From contig CAWFCQ010000008.1 in the NCBI GenBank assembly GCA_963814375.1, positions 416,001 to 480,000 on the forward strand: DNA of 64,000 nt, in the 5' to 3' direction. A program made the position numbers and the translations under genes. The notes beneath the pieces are model-generated. The model was not told the DNA's origin, searched no databases, and saw only the letters and a list, made by a program, of their open reading frames with translations. Shown here in pieces: positions 31,451-40,811 of this stretch (position 1 is its first letter; each line of letters opens with the position of its first letter). This DNA comes from an uncultured Chloroflexia bacterium (GTDB lineage Bacteria; Chloroflexota; Limnocylindria; QHBO01).

Positions 31451-32161
31451 CTATGCCCGCAACGTCGCGAGGCAGGCGCGCACGACCGATTCGGGTGGGC
31501 CGATGCGCGCCGTGCCGTTGCGCCAGGCGACGGCCTTCGCGTCGCCGGCCGCGGTCTCACACCACACGATCACGGCGCCGAGACGACGAAGCCGATCGTG
31601 GAAGGCGCGCTTGCCGGGCAACCCGCGACTCGCCAGGAATGCGTCATCGTTCGCGTCGACGAGCGTGCGGAGCGCAGTCATCGCCTCGCCGATGTCGCCG
31701 GAGGTCGCCTCTTCGGTGGCGATCACGAGGATGTTCGGAGCGCTCGGCGGCAGCTGTCGGAGTTTGCCAAGCACCGTTGCGGCGAGCGCTCGGTAGGTCG
31801 GCGTCCCATGCAGGCGCGTGACCTCCACGTTGCATGGGCGCCCGGAGTGGAGCGCCACGGAGAAGTCGGGTCCGCCCTTTGTCGATCCGTACGCCTCGAA
31901 GGCAAGATGGATGCGGCGATCGGCGAGGAGCAGGTGGGCGACTCGGAGCTCGGCCCTGACGTCGCGGCGTGACTCCGCCTCCGCCGCCGTGCGCAGCTTC
32001 TTGCGAATCTTGTCCCGGTGAGCCTCGGCGAAGGCGCGGAACCGTCTCGAAGAGGTAAGCCACCCGGCCAGCTCTACCGCGACCTCGTCATCACCCGCGC
32101 CGTCGCACAGGAACCGATGGAGCCGGCCGGCCGACGTCTCCCGCGCCTTCACCCTGGACAC
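31451..32161 (-). CDS. Hypothetical protein, possible PD-(D/E)xK nuclease-like fold
   Basis: AELRVA...GPDF...NVEVTRL. Confidence 0.6.
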   Translation of the reverse strand: MSRVKARETSAGRLHRFLCDGAGDDEVAVELAGWLTSSRRFRAFAEAHRDKIRKKLRTAAEAESRRDVRAELRVAHLLLADRRIHLAFEAYGSTKGGPDFSVALHSGRPCNVEVTRLHGTPTYRALAATVLGKLRQLPPSAPNILVIATEEATSGDIGEAMTALRTLVDANDDAFLASRGLPGKRAFHDRLRRLGAVIVWCETAAGDAKAVAWRNGTARIGPPESVVRACLATLRA

Positions 32162-32205
32162 TTGCCAAGCCTAGCGAGAGTCCTCCGTGCTGGTCGGCGG
32201 GGCAG

Positions 32206-32628
32206 TCAGGAAGGCGTCCGCCGCAGCCGGATGAAGATCGACACGCCGGCCGTGCCGAGAACCCAGCGCTGGAACGGGCTGAACGCCTCCCTTGCCTCGG
32301 CGGCGCCGATGACCTCTGGCTCAATGACCTCGTGGTCGGTTCCGCGCCATCGGATCGTGCAGCCGCCAGCCGCGATGACGTTGCGCACCCATTGGGTCCG
32401 ATCGCCCCAGGGCAGAGCAATGACGAACGCGTCGGCGCTGACACGGACTGCGACCGGAACGGCATACGCACGGCCGGAACGACGGCCGCGGTGGTGAAGG
32501 TTGGCCCAGAGCGGAAAGAAGCGACGCCCGGCAAGTGGGCGGCTCGCCGGTGCGGTGAACTTTGAGATCGTGCGGGTCACCTGCGCCAGGGGCGAAGGCG
32601 GGGATTGCTTCTGCGTGACTGAGATCAT
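32206..32628 (-). CDS. Deazaflavin (F420)-dependent nitroreductase family
   Basis: HRGRRSGRAY.VPV, WVRNVIAAGG. Confidence 0.85.
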   Translation of the reverse strand: MISVTQKQSPPSPLAQVTRTISKFTAPASRPLAGRRFFPLWANLHHRGRRSGRAYAVPVAVRVSADAFVIALPWGDRTQWVRNVIAAGGCTIRWRGTDHEVIEPEVIGAAEAREAFSPFQRWVLGTAGVSIFIRLRRTPS

Positions 32629-32671
32629 GGTTGGCTCCTTCGGTGGACATCTGGTTGGCTGTCAAACTGGG

Positions 32672-32740
32672 TACGGATCGCGACGAGCCGATGTGACCGC
32701 CCTGCGGCCGTGGCGTCACATCGAGGGCGTTCGCTCCGTA
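32672..32740. promoter_or_regulatory. Back-to-back ECF41-type promoters GTCACA-N16-CGTA
   Basis: Minus strand 32697-32672 and plus strand 32715-32740, both with 16-nt spacer. Confidence 0.75.
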
Positions 32741-32773
32741 TCTCGGTGGTGAGCTGCGAGGTACTGCAATCCG

Positions 32774-33652
32774 ATGCCGCGACGCGATGATCTTGCCGAG
32801 CGCTTCGAGCGCCATCGATCGCACATGCGGGCCGTCGCGTATCGGATGCTGGGATCGGTCACCGAGGCGGACGATGCGGTGCAGGAGGCGTGGGTGCGCC
32901 TGGACCGCTCGGATCCTGGAGGCGATGAGGACCTTCGCGGGTGGCTCACCGTCGTCGTCGGCCGGCTCTGCCTCGACGTGCTCAGGACGCGGCGCTCGCG
33001 CCGAGAGACGTATCCGGGCACGTGGCTTCCGGAGCCTGTGGTGACCTCTGCAGAGCCGGGATCTCCTGAGGACGAAGCTGTCCTTGCCGACTCCGTCGGG
33101 CTCGCCCTTCTCGTCGTCCTCGAATCGCTCAGCCCGGCTGAGCGCCTCGCCTTCGTCCTCCACGACGTGTTCAGCGTGCCGTTCGACGAGGTCGCGCGGA
33201 TCCTGGACCGATCGCCTGCGGCGGCGCGCCAGCTGGCCAGCCGCGCCCGCCGTCGGGTGCGCATCGCGGCGCCTCAGCCGGACGCCGATCTTGCCATCCA
33301 GCGCCGGGCAGTCGAAGCGTTCCTGGCGGCCGCTCGCTCGGGCAGCTTCGAGGCGCTCATAAGCGTGCTGGCTCCGAACGCGATCTTCCGAATCGACGTG
33401 GGTGGAGTGCGGCGGGGTGCACGTCAACCGGTCGTTGGGGCGGAGCCGGTCGCTCGGGAGATCATCGCGGCCGGCAGGCCGTTCGCGCCCCTTTCCCGTC
33501 CGGCATTGGTGAATGGATCCCCCGGAGCGATCGTCGGAGTCCCTGGCCGCGCCGCCGTCGCGGTGGTCGGGTTCACCGTGGTCGAAGGGCGGGTCGCGTC
33601 TATCGACCTCATCGCAGACCCGGCAAAGCTTCATGGGATCACGGTTCGATAG
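32774..33652 (+). CDS. ECF41 (SigJ-type) sigma factor with SnoaL-like C-terminal extension
   Basis: AYRMLGS, WLPEP, AFVLHDVF, DPAKL (NPDKL-like). Confidence 0.92.
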   Translation: MPRRDDLAERFERHRSHMRAVAYRMLGSVTEADDAVQEAWVRLDRSDPGGDEDLRGWLTVVVGRLCLDVLRTRRSRRETYPGTWLPEPVVTSAEPGSPEDEAVLADSVGLALLVVLESLSPAERLAFVLHDVFSVPFDEVARILDRSPAAARQLASRARRRVRIAAPQPDADLAIQRRAVEAFLAAARSGSFEALISVLAPNAIFRIDVGGVRRGARQPVVGAEPVAREIIAAGRPFAPLSRPALVNGSPGAIVGVPGRAAVAVVGFTVVEGRVASIDLIADPAKLHGITVR

Positions 33653-33667
33653 CGCTCACGCCAGGCG

Positions 33668-33694
33668 CGATGAATCGTGATCACCGCACTGGTC
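33668..33694 (+). promoter_or_regulatory. CGATGA-N18-GTC ECF-type promoter
   Basis: cgatga...gtctga upstream of DHFR-like gene. Confidence 0.6.
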
Positions 33695-33754
33695 TGAACC
33701 ATGCAGCCACAGCGGTGGACCAAACCGCGACCTGGGCGATCAAGGAGAGGGCTG

Positions 33755-34339
33755 ATGCGAAAGCTGGTGGTGACCGAGTTCCTGTCGCTCGACGGAGTGA
33801 TGCAGGGGCCGGGCTCGCCTGATGAGGACACCGAGGGAGGCTTCGCGCACGGCGGTTGGCAGGCGCCGTACTTCGACGAGGGCGTACTCGCGAATGCGCA
33901 GGAGGGGATGGCCGAGACGGACGCGTACCTGTTCGGGCGAAGGACCTACGAGATCATGGCCGCTCACTGGCCTCACCAGTCGGGCGACGATCCGTTCGCG
34001 GGTCATCTGAACTCGACGAGGAAGCACGTCGCTTCCCGGACGCTCATCGATCTCTCGTGGGAGAACGCGACGCTGCTCGACGGCGACGCCGCCGACGCCG
34101 TCCCGAAGCTGAAGGATGGGCCCGGTGGCACGATCTCGATCCTGGGCAGCGGCGAGCTCGTCCAGACGCTGATCGCAAGCAACCTGGTGGATGAGCTGGC
34201 GCTCATCATTTCGCCCATCGTGCTCGGATCGGGTAAGCGCCTCTTCCGCGGCAGCGACCAGCTGCGTCGATTCGAGCTCGTTCGATCGACCACGACTCCG
34301 AAGGGAAACGTGATCGCCAGCTATCAGCCGAGCATCTAG
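33755..34339 (+). CDS. Dihydrofolate reductase-like (RibD C-terminal) protein
   Basis: SLDGVMQGPG, FGRRTYE, GSGELVQ, LGSGKRLF. Confidence 0.9.
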   Translation: MRKLVVTEFLSLDGVMQGPGSPDEDTEGGFAHGGWQAPYFDEGVLANAQEGMAETDAYLFGRRTYEIMAAHWPHQSGDDPFAGHLNSTRKHVASRTLIDLSWENATLLDGDAADAVPKLKDGPGGTISILGSGELVQTLIASNLVDELALIISPIVLGSGKRLFRGSDQLRRFELVRSTTTPKGNVIASYQPSI

Positions 34340-34384
34340 GCACACACCGGCCGGGCTGGGGCGAATCGCCCGCGGCCTGTGAAC

Positions 34385-34416
34385 TTGACAATACTGTGTA
34401 TCACACACTATTGTCA
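34385..34416 (+). promoter_or_regulatory. Sigma70 promoter overlapped by a PadR operator
   Basis: TTGACA-18-TATTGT; inverted repeat TGACAATA...TATTGTCA; ATG 7 nt downstream. Confidence 0.7.
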
Positions 34417-34421
34417 GTTAC

Positions 34422-34763
34422 ATGGTTGATCCGGATCAGCTCGCAGCATACCGACAGGAGCTCCGACGGGGGACGGTCGTGCTGGCGTGCCTGGTCGCCT
34501 TGCGATCGCCTGGCTATGGATACGGCCTGCTCAAGACCCTCGAGCAGGCCGGGATGCCGAGCGACGCGAACACGATCTACCCGTTGCTGCGCCGGCTCGA
34601 GGAACGAGGGCTCCTCGAGAGCGAGTGGAACACCGACGACACGCGCCCGCGCAAGTTCTATCGGACCAGCGCCGCCGGAGTTGCCCTCGCGTCGCAGCTC
34701 ATGACCGATATGGCAGAACTGACCGGGGCGCTGCATGCCCTGGATGGAGGAACCATCGAATGA
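34422..34763 (+). CDS. PadR family transcriptional regulator
   Basis: ELRRG, YGY.L, TIYPLLRRLEERGLL, RPRKFY. Confidence 0.92.
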   Translation: MVDPDQLAAYRQELRRGTVVLACLVALRSPGYGYGLLKTLEQAGMPSDANTIYPLLRRLEERGLLESEWNTDDTRPRKFYRTSAAGVALASQLMTDMAELTGALHALDGGTIE

Positions 34764-35725
34764 CATCGCTCACCGAGCGCTACCTGGCCGCCGCGCTGCG
34801 CGGCATCCCGGATCGGCAGCGGGTCGACGTGGAGCGCGAGCTGCGCTCGTCGATCGCCGATGCCATGGACGACCGGGTTGCCGCCGGCGAAGACCAGTCG
34901 GCGGCCGAGAGTGCCGTGCTCGAAGGGCTTGGCAGCCCTTCTCGTCTCGCCTCGGAGATCTCGGGCCGTCCCCTCTACCTCATCGGCCCCGACCTCTTCG
35001 TCGAGTATCGCCAGCTGCTGACCGTGCTGATCGGGATCGTGGTGCCGATCGTCGGGGTCGTCCTGGCCTCGATCCAGCTCGGCACCGGTGCCGGCTATGG
35101 AGATGCGCTCCTCGAGGGCATCGGCGGTGCGTGGACGGTCGGCATGCACATCTTCTTCTGGGTGACCCTGACGTTCGCGCTGGTCGACCGAGCCGAATCG
35201 GCGAAGTGGGGAAAGACCGAGCTCAGGGCCGCCACTTCCTGGACGGTGGACAAGCTGCCCGAGCTCCCGTCTCCGGGCCGGGTCGGCGTGGGCGAGACGA
35301 TCGGCGAGGTCCTGACCCTGGCGCTGTCGATCGTCGGCCTGCTCTTCCTGCGGGGCTTCGCACCAGTGACCGATGCCGCAGGGGACCCGGTTCCGCTGCT
35401 CGATCCAGGGCTCTGGACGTTCTGGGTGCCGTACCTGATCGCCGTGCTCATCTCGATCATCGGGTTCGAGATCGTGAAGCTCATGGTGGGCCGATGGACG
35501 ATGGGGCTCGCCGTGGCGCATGCGGTCCTTCAGGCGGCCTTCGCATTGCCGTTCGCCTACCTGGCGCTGTCCGGCGCGATCATCAACCCCGACTTCGCCG
35601 AGGCGATCGGCTGGCCGCTGCTTGCCGAGGGCAATGGCCCGGTGATGGTGATCACCGCGGCGAGCGTCCTTCTCGTGACGGCATGGGAGGTGGTCGACGG
35701 GTTCCGCCGAGCGCGGCGCGTCTGA
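34760..35725 (+). CDS. HAAS/permease-prefix domain membrane protein
   Basis: ERYLAA...ELRSSIAD...LGSPSRLA then TMs; coupled to padR. Confidence 0.82.
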   Translation: MTSLTERYLAAALRGIPDRQRVDVERELRSSIADAMDDRVAAGEDQSAAESAVLEGLGSPSRLASEISGRPLYLIGPDLFVEYRQLLTVLIGIVVPIVGVVLASIQLGTGAGYGDALLEGIGGAWTVGMHIFFWVTLTFALVDRAESAKWGKTELRAATSWTVDKLPELPSPGRVGVGETIGEVLTLALSIVGLLFLRGFAPVTDAAGDPVPLLDPGLWTFWVPYLIAVLISIIGFEIVKLMVGRWTMGLAVAHAVLQAAFALPFAYLALSGAIINPDFAEAIGWPLLAEGNGPVMVITAASVLLVTAWEVVDGFRRARRV

Positions 35726-35745
35726 GGGGCCGCTGCGCGCCCCAG

Positions 35746-35924
35746 CCACGATGAATCGCGACGGGTTCGCCGGAGCGGCTTGGGAGGTTGCGTTCCCAGG
35801 ATCTATCGCGAACTGCCACGCACGAAGCGCACCTCTGGGCGCGGCTCAGGCGTAACGGGCCGCGAAGGATCGCGGGAACAGCCCCTGCGAACGCGCTCCG
35901 GTGGCGTTGCCGCGATGCATCGCG
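35746..35924. repeat. Fold-back intergenic element with four CCGCGATNNATCGCG-like palindromes
   Basis: Copies at 35746, 35796, 35860, 35910; arms are imperfect reverse complements. Confidence 0.7.
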
Positions 35925-36028
35925 CCGCCGGCGACAGTACCGCACCTAGACCAGGCGGCGGTCGGTTGCCCAGCGGGTGAGCTCGTATCGGTTCGAGAGC
36001 TGGAGCTTGCGAAGGTCGGTCGGGCCGT

Positions 36029-36382
36029 CTAGCCCGCGTCGATCACGCAGAAGCGATTCCCCTCCGGGTCCGCCAGGATGACGTAGTCGGCGTCCGGCGG
36101 ACGCTTGTCCCAGTGAATCTCGGTCGCCCCCAGGCCGATGAGGCGCTCGACCTCGGCCGCCTGGTCCTCCGCGTACAGATCCAGGTGGATGCGCGGGGGA
36201 ATCTGGAGGCTCGACCTCATGGCGTCGAGCGAGACGTTCGGTCCGTTCCCGCTCCGCGGTCGGAGAAGAGCGAAGCCCTCGTCGTCGCCCTCGCGTGCCA
36301 CGTAGTCGAGCGCTGCTGTCCAGAACGCCTTCTGGCGTTCGACGTCTTCGACGCGGATGACGATCGAGCCGATGGTGATCAT
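36029..36382 (-). CDS. VOC family protein
   Basis: RIHLDL...LADPEGNRFCVI. Confidence 0.9.
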   Translation of the reverse strand: MITIGSIVIRVEDVERQKAFWTAALDYVAREGDDEGFALLRPRSGNGPNVSLDAMRSSLQIPPRIHLDLYAEDQAAEVERLIGLGATEIHWDKRPPDADYVILADPEGNRFCVIDAG

Positions 36383-36969
36383 GGCGGAAACTCCAGCCGG
36401 ACGAGATGCCTGGGCAGGCGGCCGCTCGTCGCCTTGGTCACCAGCACGCGGCGGAAGCCGGCGGCCTCGAACGTCGAGGCGATGCCGACGAAGCCGGCGC
36501 CGGTGTCGACCCGCTTGCCGCCCGGATCGATCGGGTAGGCCTCCACCCCGGGCGCGTGGGCTCGACGCGCGGCGTCGACTACACCGTCGAGCAGGGCTCT
36601 CGTGACGCCGCGCCGCCGAGAGCCCGGTCGGATCTGGAAGCAGCCAATCGACCAGACGGGGAGATCGTCGACGGTCGGGATCGTCTTTGAGTTCACCAGC
36701 CGCGGCGTCTCGGTCCGCACGCCGACCCCGACCCAGCCCACCGCGACGCCATCGAGGTAGGCGAGGAAGCCCGGTGGGGGAGTGTCGCTCTCCATCTGCT
36801 GGCGGAGAAGCTCAGGCCGCGACCTCCCTCCGGCGAGGCTCTTCCGGTCGAGACCCCTCCATGCCTGGCACCAGCAGCCGACCTCGCCGCTCGAGCCGAG
36901 GAGCTCCTCGACATCGTCCCAGCGGTCCACCGTGGCGGGCACGATCTCCATCGGGGCCGATGAATCCAC
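36379..36969 (-). CDS. GNAT acetyltransferase
   Basis: CWCQAW, AVGWV, RRRGVTRALL, VEAYP. Confidence 0.88.
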   Translation of the reverse strand: MDSSAPMEIVPATVDRWDDVEELLGSSGEVGCWCQAWRGLDRKSLAGGRSRPELLRQQMESDTPPPGFLAYLDGVAVGWVGVGVRTETPRLVNSKTIPTVDDLPVWSIGCFQIRPGSRRRGVTRALLDGVVDAARRAHAPGVEAYPIDPGGKRVDTGAGFVGIASTFEAAGFRRVLVTKATSGRLPRHLVRLEFPP

Positions 36970-36986
36970 GGTCGCGACGATAGCAG

Positions 36987-37830
36987 TCAGGTGTGCCGCG
37001 AAGCGAGCCAGTCGAGGGCGTCGGGCGCATGTCTCAGCACCGACACATGCCCCTCGTCGCGCTTCTGCCACAGCTCCGCCGACGAAATCCTCTGGGCCAG
37101 CCACGCGCTGTGGGCAACGGGTGCGATCCGGTCCTCCTCACCGTGCAGGAGGAGCGTCGGAGCGGTGATGGCCGCGGGATCGAAGCCCCATGGTGCGACG
37201 TAGGCGAGGTCGTCGTCGATCATCGCGGCCGGACCGTCCCTGAGTGCCGGGCCCACGACCGATCCGAACCACTTCCAGTCGCCGTCGAGCGCCGACCAGT
37301 CGGCCGGGATGAAGTCGGGCGCGACGTCCGTCGCCGATGCCTCGTAGCGCTCCTTCGCCTCGCGGCCGGCGGCCGCGGCGCGCAGGGTAGCCTCTCCGCC
37401 GGGACCCATCCCGGCGAACCAGTCGAGGTCCACGGCATCGAACGGAGCGAGGCCGGATACGCCGAGGACGGCCGTGACGCGATCCGGCAGCAGCGCCGCG
37501 CACGCCAGCGCGTGCGGCGCGCCGCCCGAGTGGCCCATGACCGCGAACCGGTCGATCTCGAGCGCGTCCACAACCGCCGCGACGTCGTCGGCTGCCGATC
37601 CGACGCTCCGGCCGGGTCGGGCGTCCGAACCGCCGTATCCCGGCCGGTCGTATCCGACCCAGCGAATGCCGAGCCGATCGGCATCGGCGAACAGCGGCTC
37701 CGGCGGCATGCCGATGTTCGGAGTGCCGTGGTGCCAGACGACGACCAGCCGCTGATCGGGTCCGCGCGCGCCCGTGTCGTACGCGTGCAGCGACCGGCCG
37801 TCATCGAGCCGGTACGTCGATCTCTCGCAT
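36987..37830 (-). CDS. Alpha/beta hydrolase (1-nt frameshift near the 5' end)
   Basis: HHGTP, DRPGYG, GHSGG, HGEED. Confidence 0.88.
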
Positions 37831-37844
37831 CGGTCACATCCTGC

Positions 37845-38630
37845 TCAGGCCGGGATGGGGTCGCGATCGTAGAGGCGCATGGCGCCCCAGAAACCGACCA
37901 GTGTGATGGCTGCGCACCAGCCGAGGGCAATGACGCCGCTCCAATCGATTGGCGTGCCGAGCAGGAGGCCGCGCACGGTCTCGATCATCGGCGTGAACGG
38001 CTGGTACTCGGCGAACCAGCTGATCGGCCACGGCATCGATTCGGGAGGCACGAACGCGCTGCCGAAGAACGGCAGCAGCAGGATCGGCAGGGGCAGGTTG
38101 CTCGCGGTTTCGACGCTGTTGGAGACGAGGCCCATCGGAACGGCCAGCCAGCTGAAAGCGAAGCTCGCGACGGCAAGCATGCCGATCGCTCCGGCGATCT
38201 CGAGCGGGCTCGTGGTCGGCCGGAATCCGGTCAGCACTGCAACGACGATGACGAGCACGATGCTGAACATCGTCTGCAGCACGCCGTTCACGACGTGGCC
38301 GGCCAGGACCGCGGCGCGGGGGATGGACATCGTGCGGAAGCGGAGGACGATGCCCTCGTGCTTGTCCATGGCGATGACGATGGCCATCGACGAGATGCCG
38401 TTCGCAACCGTCAGGATCAAGATCCCCGGCGTCAGGTACGCGATGTACTCGTCGCGGCCACCGACCGCTCCCGGCAGCCCGTCACCGAGCGTGGAGCCGA
38501 AGACGTACACGAAGATCAGGTAGAAGATCACCGGGATCGCCGCGACGAGCAGGGTGAGCGAGGGATACCGGCGCGCGTGGAGCAGGTTGCGGCGAAGCAT
38601 CGTCGCCGTGTCCTGGAGCACGAATGTCAT
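37845..38630 (-). CDS. ABC-2 exporter permease (DrrB-like)
   Basis: Six TMs; YLTPGI, SAFVP...MP, QPFT. Confidence 0.9.
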   Translation of the reverse strand: MTFVLQDTATMLRRNLLHARRYPSLTLLVAAIPVIFYLIFVYVFGSTLGDGLPGAVGGRDEYIAYLTPGILILTVANGISSMAIVIAMDKHEGIVLRFRTMSIPRAAVLAGHVVNGVLQTMFSIVLVIVVAVLTGFRPTTSPLEIAGAIGMLAVASFAFSWLAVPMGLVSNSVETASNLPLPILLLPFFGSAFVPPESMPWPISWFAEYQPFTPMIETVRGLLLGTPIDWSGVIALGWCAAITLVGFWGAMRLYDRDPIPA

Positions 38631-39575
38631 TGGGGCGCCACCTTTCGTGGGGAGCTCTTGCCGGTGAGGGAGAGGAAGACGTCGTCGAGGTCCGGGCTGT
38701 GGAGCGAAACGCCGGCTACCTCGACCGAAGTGGACTCGAGTCGCGCCAGGACGGCCCGCAGCGAGGCGACCTCGCCGTCAGTCGGGATGTCGAGCGCGAG
38801 GGCGTCGGGGTCGCGGCGCGCGTCGCCTAGCCGCTCGGCGGCCCGTTCCAGCTGCGCCGGGTCGCCGAACTCCAGCCGGATGTGGCCGCCCGGGACGAGC
38901 CGCTTCAGCTCGGCCGGCGTGCCCTGCGCGACGATCTGACCGCCGTCGAGCAGGGCGATGCGCCCGGCCAGCTCGTCGGCCTCCTCGAGGTACTGGGTGG
39001 TCAGGAAGATCGTGATCCCGTCGCGGACGAGGGCGCGGACGATGTCCCACATCGTGCGGCGCCCGCGCGGGTCGAGACCGGTCGTCGGCTCGTCGAGGAA
39101 GACGATGCGCGGATCGCCCACGAGCGTCATCGCCAGGTCGAGACGGCGCTTCTCGCCTCCGGAGTACGTGGCCACCATGCGGCCCGCCACCTCGAGGAGA
39201 TCGAAGCGGTCGATGAGCTCGGCGATCCGCCGCCGACCCTCGTCTCGCTGAAGGTGGTTCAGATCCGCCATCAGCTTGAGGTTCTCGTGGCCGGTCAGCA
39301 GGTTGTCCACCGCCGAGAACTGGCCGGTCACGCCGATCGCCGCGCGGATCCCTTCCGGGTCCGTCCGCAGGTCGTGTCCACCGACCTCGACCTCCCCGGA
39401 GTCCGGGGTGAGCATCGTCGTGAGCATGTGGACGGTCGTTGTCTTGCCGGCCCCGTTCGGGCCGAGCATGGCGAACACCGATCCGGTGGCGACCTCGAGA
39501 TCGATGCCGTCGAGGACGAGCGTTGTCGCCGTATGACTTGCGGAGGCCAGTGGCCCGGATCGCGGTGGCGGTCAT
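38627..39575 (-). CDS. ABC exporter ATP-binding protein (DrrA-like; frameshift near 39525)
   Basis: GPNGAGKT, YSGG, FLDEPTTGLDP, TTQYLEEAD. Confidence 0.92.
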
Positions 39576-39608
39576 GAGCGCGACCCCCACTCGCCGATCG
39601 GGCGAGCC

Positions 39609-40127
39609 TCAGATGTCGAGCTCCTGAACGCCAGGCTGCCTGACCGATGCGGAGACCGTGTCGAAGAGCTCAGGCGGAACGTGATCCCGGAGCTCCTCGA
39701 GCGTATCGAACGTGTCGAGGGTCGCCTCCGCGGGCTTCCCGCCGCCCGAAGCCATGCCGATGCCGGTCCATGCTCGCCAGCCCGTGAGCGGGTTGCCCTC
39801 GGCGTCGCGCATCTCGAAGTACTCGGTGTGCTCGATGTGAAGAGCGAACTTCTTCGCCCCGCGGTAGACGCGGTAGTGGACGAACTTCTCGCCATCGGAT
39901 TTGAACCACTCGCCGAGGAGGACGGCGTTGAAGCGAACCTTGTGCCCCCCACCAAAGCCGACCTTGACGATGACTTCGTCGAAGCCGGCATGGCGGGCAT
40001 CCTCGGCCTCCACGTAGCGCTTGAGGGCGCTGCTGATGGCCCCAGACAGGTTGCCGCCAGAGAGCTCCTGGGCGCGCTGGTAGAGGGGCTGGTCGTCGTC
40101 TGAAACGTAGATGGTTCTATTTGGCAC
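39609..40127 (-). CDS. EXLDI family protein
   Basis: PNRTIYVSDDD N-terminus and C-terminal QELDI. Confidence 0.85.
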   Translation of the reverse strand: MPNRTIYVSDDDQPLYQRAQELSGGNLSGAISSALKRYVEAEDARHAGFDEVIVKVGFGGGHKVRFNAVLLGEWFKSDGEKFVHYRVYRGAKKFALHIEHTEYFEMRDAEGNPLTGWRAWTGIGMASGGGKPAEATLDTFDTLEELRDHVPPELFDTVSASVRQPGVQELDI

Positions 40128-40178
40128 GTGCGCATCGTAGCTCCCTGCTCATGCGGTATACGGACAGTCATGTGCATG

Positions 40179-40207
40179 AGTATACGTATAGTGCTACATG
40201 GATGCAA
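40179..40207 (-). promoter_or_regulatory. Sigma70 promoter with TATACGTATA palindrome
   Basis: TTGCAT-17-TATACT on minus strand; palindrome at 40181-40190. Confidence 0.65.
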
Positions 40208-40250
40208 GAGGCAATGTGCGCACGTCAGGTTCCGCGAAGGTCGATCGGGA

Positions 40251-40811
40251 TCAGCGCGCCGCGTAGCTGAGCAGGAGCACGCCGGAGGCGAATTGCCGGG
40301 TCTCGGTCAGGCGCAGCGCTTGGGGCGCCCTGATGTTCGGCCAGTAAGGCTTGCCGCCACCCAGGACAACCGGATGGACGACAAGCTGGTACTCGTCGAC
40401 CAACCCGGCATGGACGAACTGCCCGGCCAGGTCGGGCCCGCTGACGTCGAGGTCGCCGTCGAACTCGCGTCGCACCTCCGCCAGGACCTTGCCCACGTCG
40501 CCTCGCACGAGCCGGGCGTTGTGATCGACGTGATCGAGGCTGGTGGAGAAGACGAACTTCGGCATCGGGTTCCAGATCCGCGCGAACTCGCGCATCGCGT
40601 CGGTGGAGGAAGGATCCGTCTCACCGGTCGGCCAGTAGGCCGACATCACCTCCCACACCCGCCTGCCGTACAGGGAAGCATCGAGCGCCCGCGTCTGCTC
40701 GTTGAAGAAGGTGTGGAGCTCCTCGTCGATGGTCCCCCAATCGAGAGAGTGCTCGGGGGTCTCGACGAACCCGTCGAGCGAGACGTTCATCAGGTAGATC
40801 AGCTTGCCCAT
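40251..40811 (-). CDS. DHFR-like (RibD C-terminal) protein
   Basis: NVSLDGF, YGRRVWE, GLVDEY, VLGGGKP. Confidence 0.9.
   Translation of the reverse strand: MGKLIYLMNVSLDGFVETPEHSLDWGTIDEELHTFFNEQTRALDASLYGRRVWEVMSAYWPTGETDPSSTDAMREFARIWNPMPKFVFSTSLDHVDHNARLVRGDVGKVLAEVRREFDGDLDVSGPDLAGQFVHAGLVDEYQLVVHPVVLGGGKPYWPNIRAPQALRLTETRQFASGVLLLSYAAR

Noticed and set aside
33666-33679. Extra copy of the CGCGATNNATCGCG palindrome
   Set aside because: Single copy that coincides with the CGATGA promoter element.
35780-35980. 66-aa ORF in the intergenic gap
   Set aside because: TTG start and low-complexity product; better explained by the fold-back element.
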